From the NCBI GenBank assembly GCA_965644295.1, contig CBFFRP010000079.1:62001-126000 (forward strand): DNA of 64,000 bases. The letters are read 5' to 3'. Numbering within the stretch: position 1 is the stretch's first letter; the number at the start of each line of letters is the position of its first letter. A program made the translations under genes and the position numbers. Below, piece by piece: positions 63,461-64,000 of the stretch. The notes beneath the pieces are model-generated. The model was not told where the DNA came from. It worked only from the letters and a program-made list of their open reading frames with translations, and made no database searches. The DNA comes from Paraphysomonas bandaiensis. Its lineage: Eukaryota; Protista; Chrysophyceae.

Positions 63461-64000
63461 ATGACATTCATATCAATAATCACTCTATCTCCCCATGGAG
63501 ATGATAATGAATCTGAGATCCTTACATACTTGCAAGCAGACTATACACGTGAATTACTCGCATCTAATTTAGGTGTCACTGCAGTGGAAATATCAAAAAT
63601 CACTATTAATACAAATAAAAAAATTGAAATCAGACAGTATATAGATAATCATGAGAAGTACAATGTATTTATATCCAATACATTAACTCTTTTAAGTAAT
63701 GCATTAGAAGAGCGATTTGTTGATACAAATAAAGCACATGAGATTGAAACATATACAGGAGAACGAATCCTTCGACAAGGAAATGAACAGACTCATATGG
63801 AATCTCATTCTTCTCATGCTCATGGGCATGGTCATGGTATTCAAAGGGATAAATCGAAATGGCCGGAATTAAAAAATAAACCACTTGATGAGGTTGTGAC
63901 AATTATTAAATCCGAACGGCCAGATTTGAAAGTTCTGGAAGTTCCTCAAGGTGCCATGGTGACGATGGATGTACGGATGGACAGGGTCCGTGTGTACCAT
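63461..64000 (+). CDS. Protein with C-terminal potato inhibitor I (MEROPS I13) domain, truncated by the window end; absent from the ORF track
   Basis: Open frame from ATG 63461 to 64000 ending KSKWPELKNKPLDEVVTIIKSERPDLKVLEVPQGAMVTMDVRMDRVRVYH. Confidence 0.85.
   Translation, partial: MTFISIITLSPHGDDNESEILTYLQADYTRELLASNLGVTAVEISKITINTNKKIEIRQYIDNHEKYNVFISNTLTLLSNALEERFVDTNKAHEIETYTGERILRQGNEQTHMESHSSHAHGHGHGIQRDKSKWPELKNKPLDEVVTIIKSERPDLKVLEVPQGAMVTMDVRMDRVRVYH

Overview
Gene-dense, intron-rich nuclear DNA from a unicellular eukaryote, probably a stramenopile alga (inferred from the POP-type organellar polymerase, the algal-type membrane hybrid histidine kinases and short GT-AG introns). 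About 17 protein genes are supported: two hybrid histidine kinases, cereblon, an organellar PolA with inserted SAP domains, a TopBP1-like BRCT protein, ataxin-10, an FBXO9-like F-box protein, MORN, EF-hand, C2H2 and ELAV-like RRM proteins, a truncated potato-inhibitor-I protein and several unknowns. There are also two identical tRNA-Lys(CTT) genes, a deleted hAT transposon with an 8-bp TSD, MITE-like elements, a SINE/LINE-like retroposon family and several micro/minisatellites. The standout is an intronless, head-to-head pair of bacterial-type multidomain genes at 36650-41340. One encodes an aldo-keto reductase fused to a sugar-phosphate cyclase with 2-deoxy-scyllo-inosose-synthase-like motifs. 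The other encodes an ABM/YgiN-like monooxygenase, a WrbA-like quinone reductase and a ThuA-like domain. Together they look like a compact, possibly undescribed eukaryotic cyclitol (or cyclitol-derived quinol) pathway. Also notable are a possible HDV-ribozyme-like fold at the 5' end of the SINE and a window-wide CATA-to-TATG strand switch around gene starts. All family assignments come from motif recognition without database searches, and exon boundaries are manual estimates.
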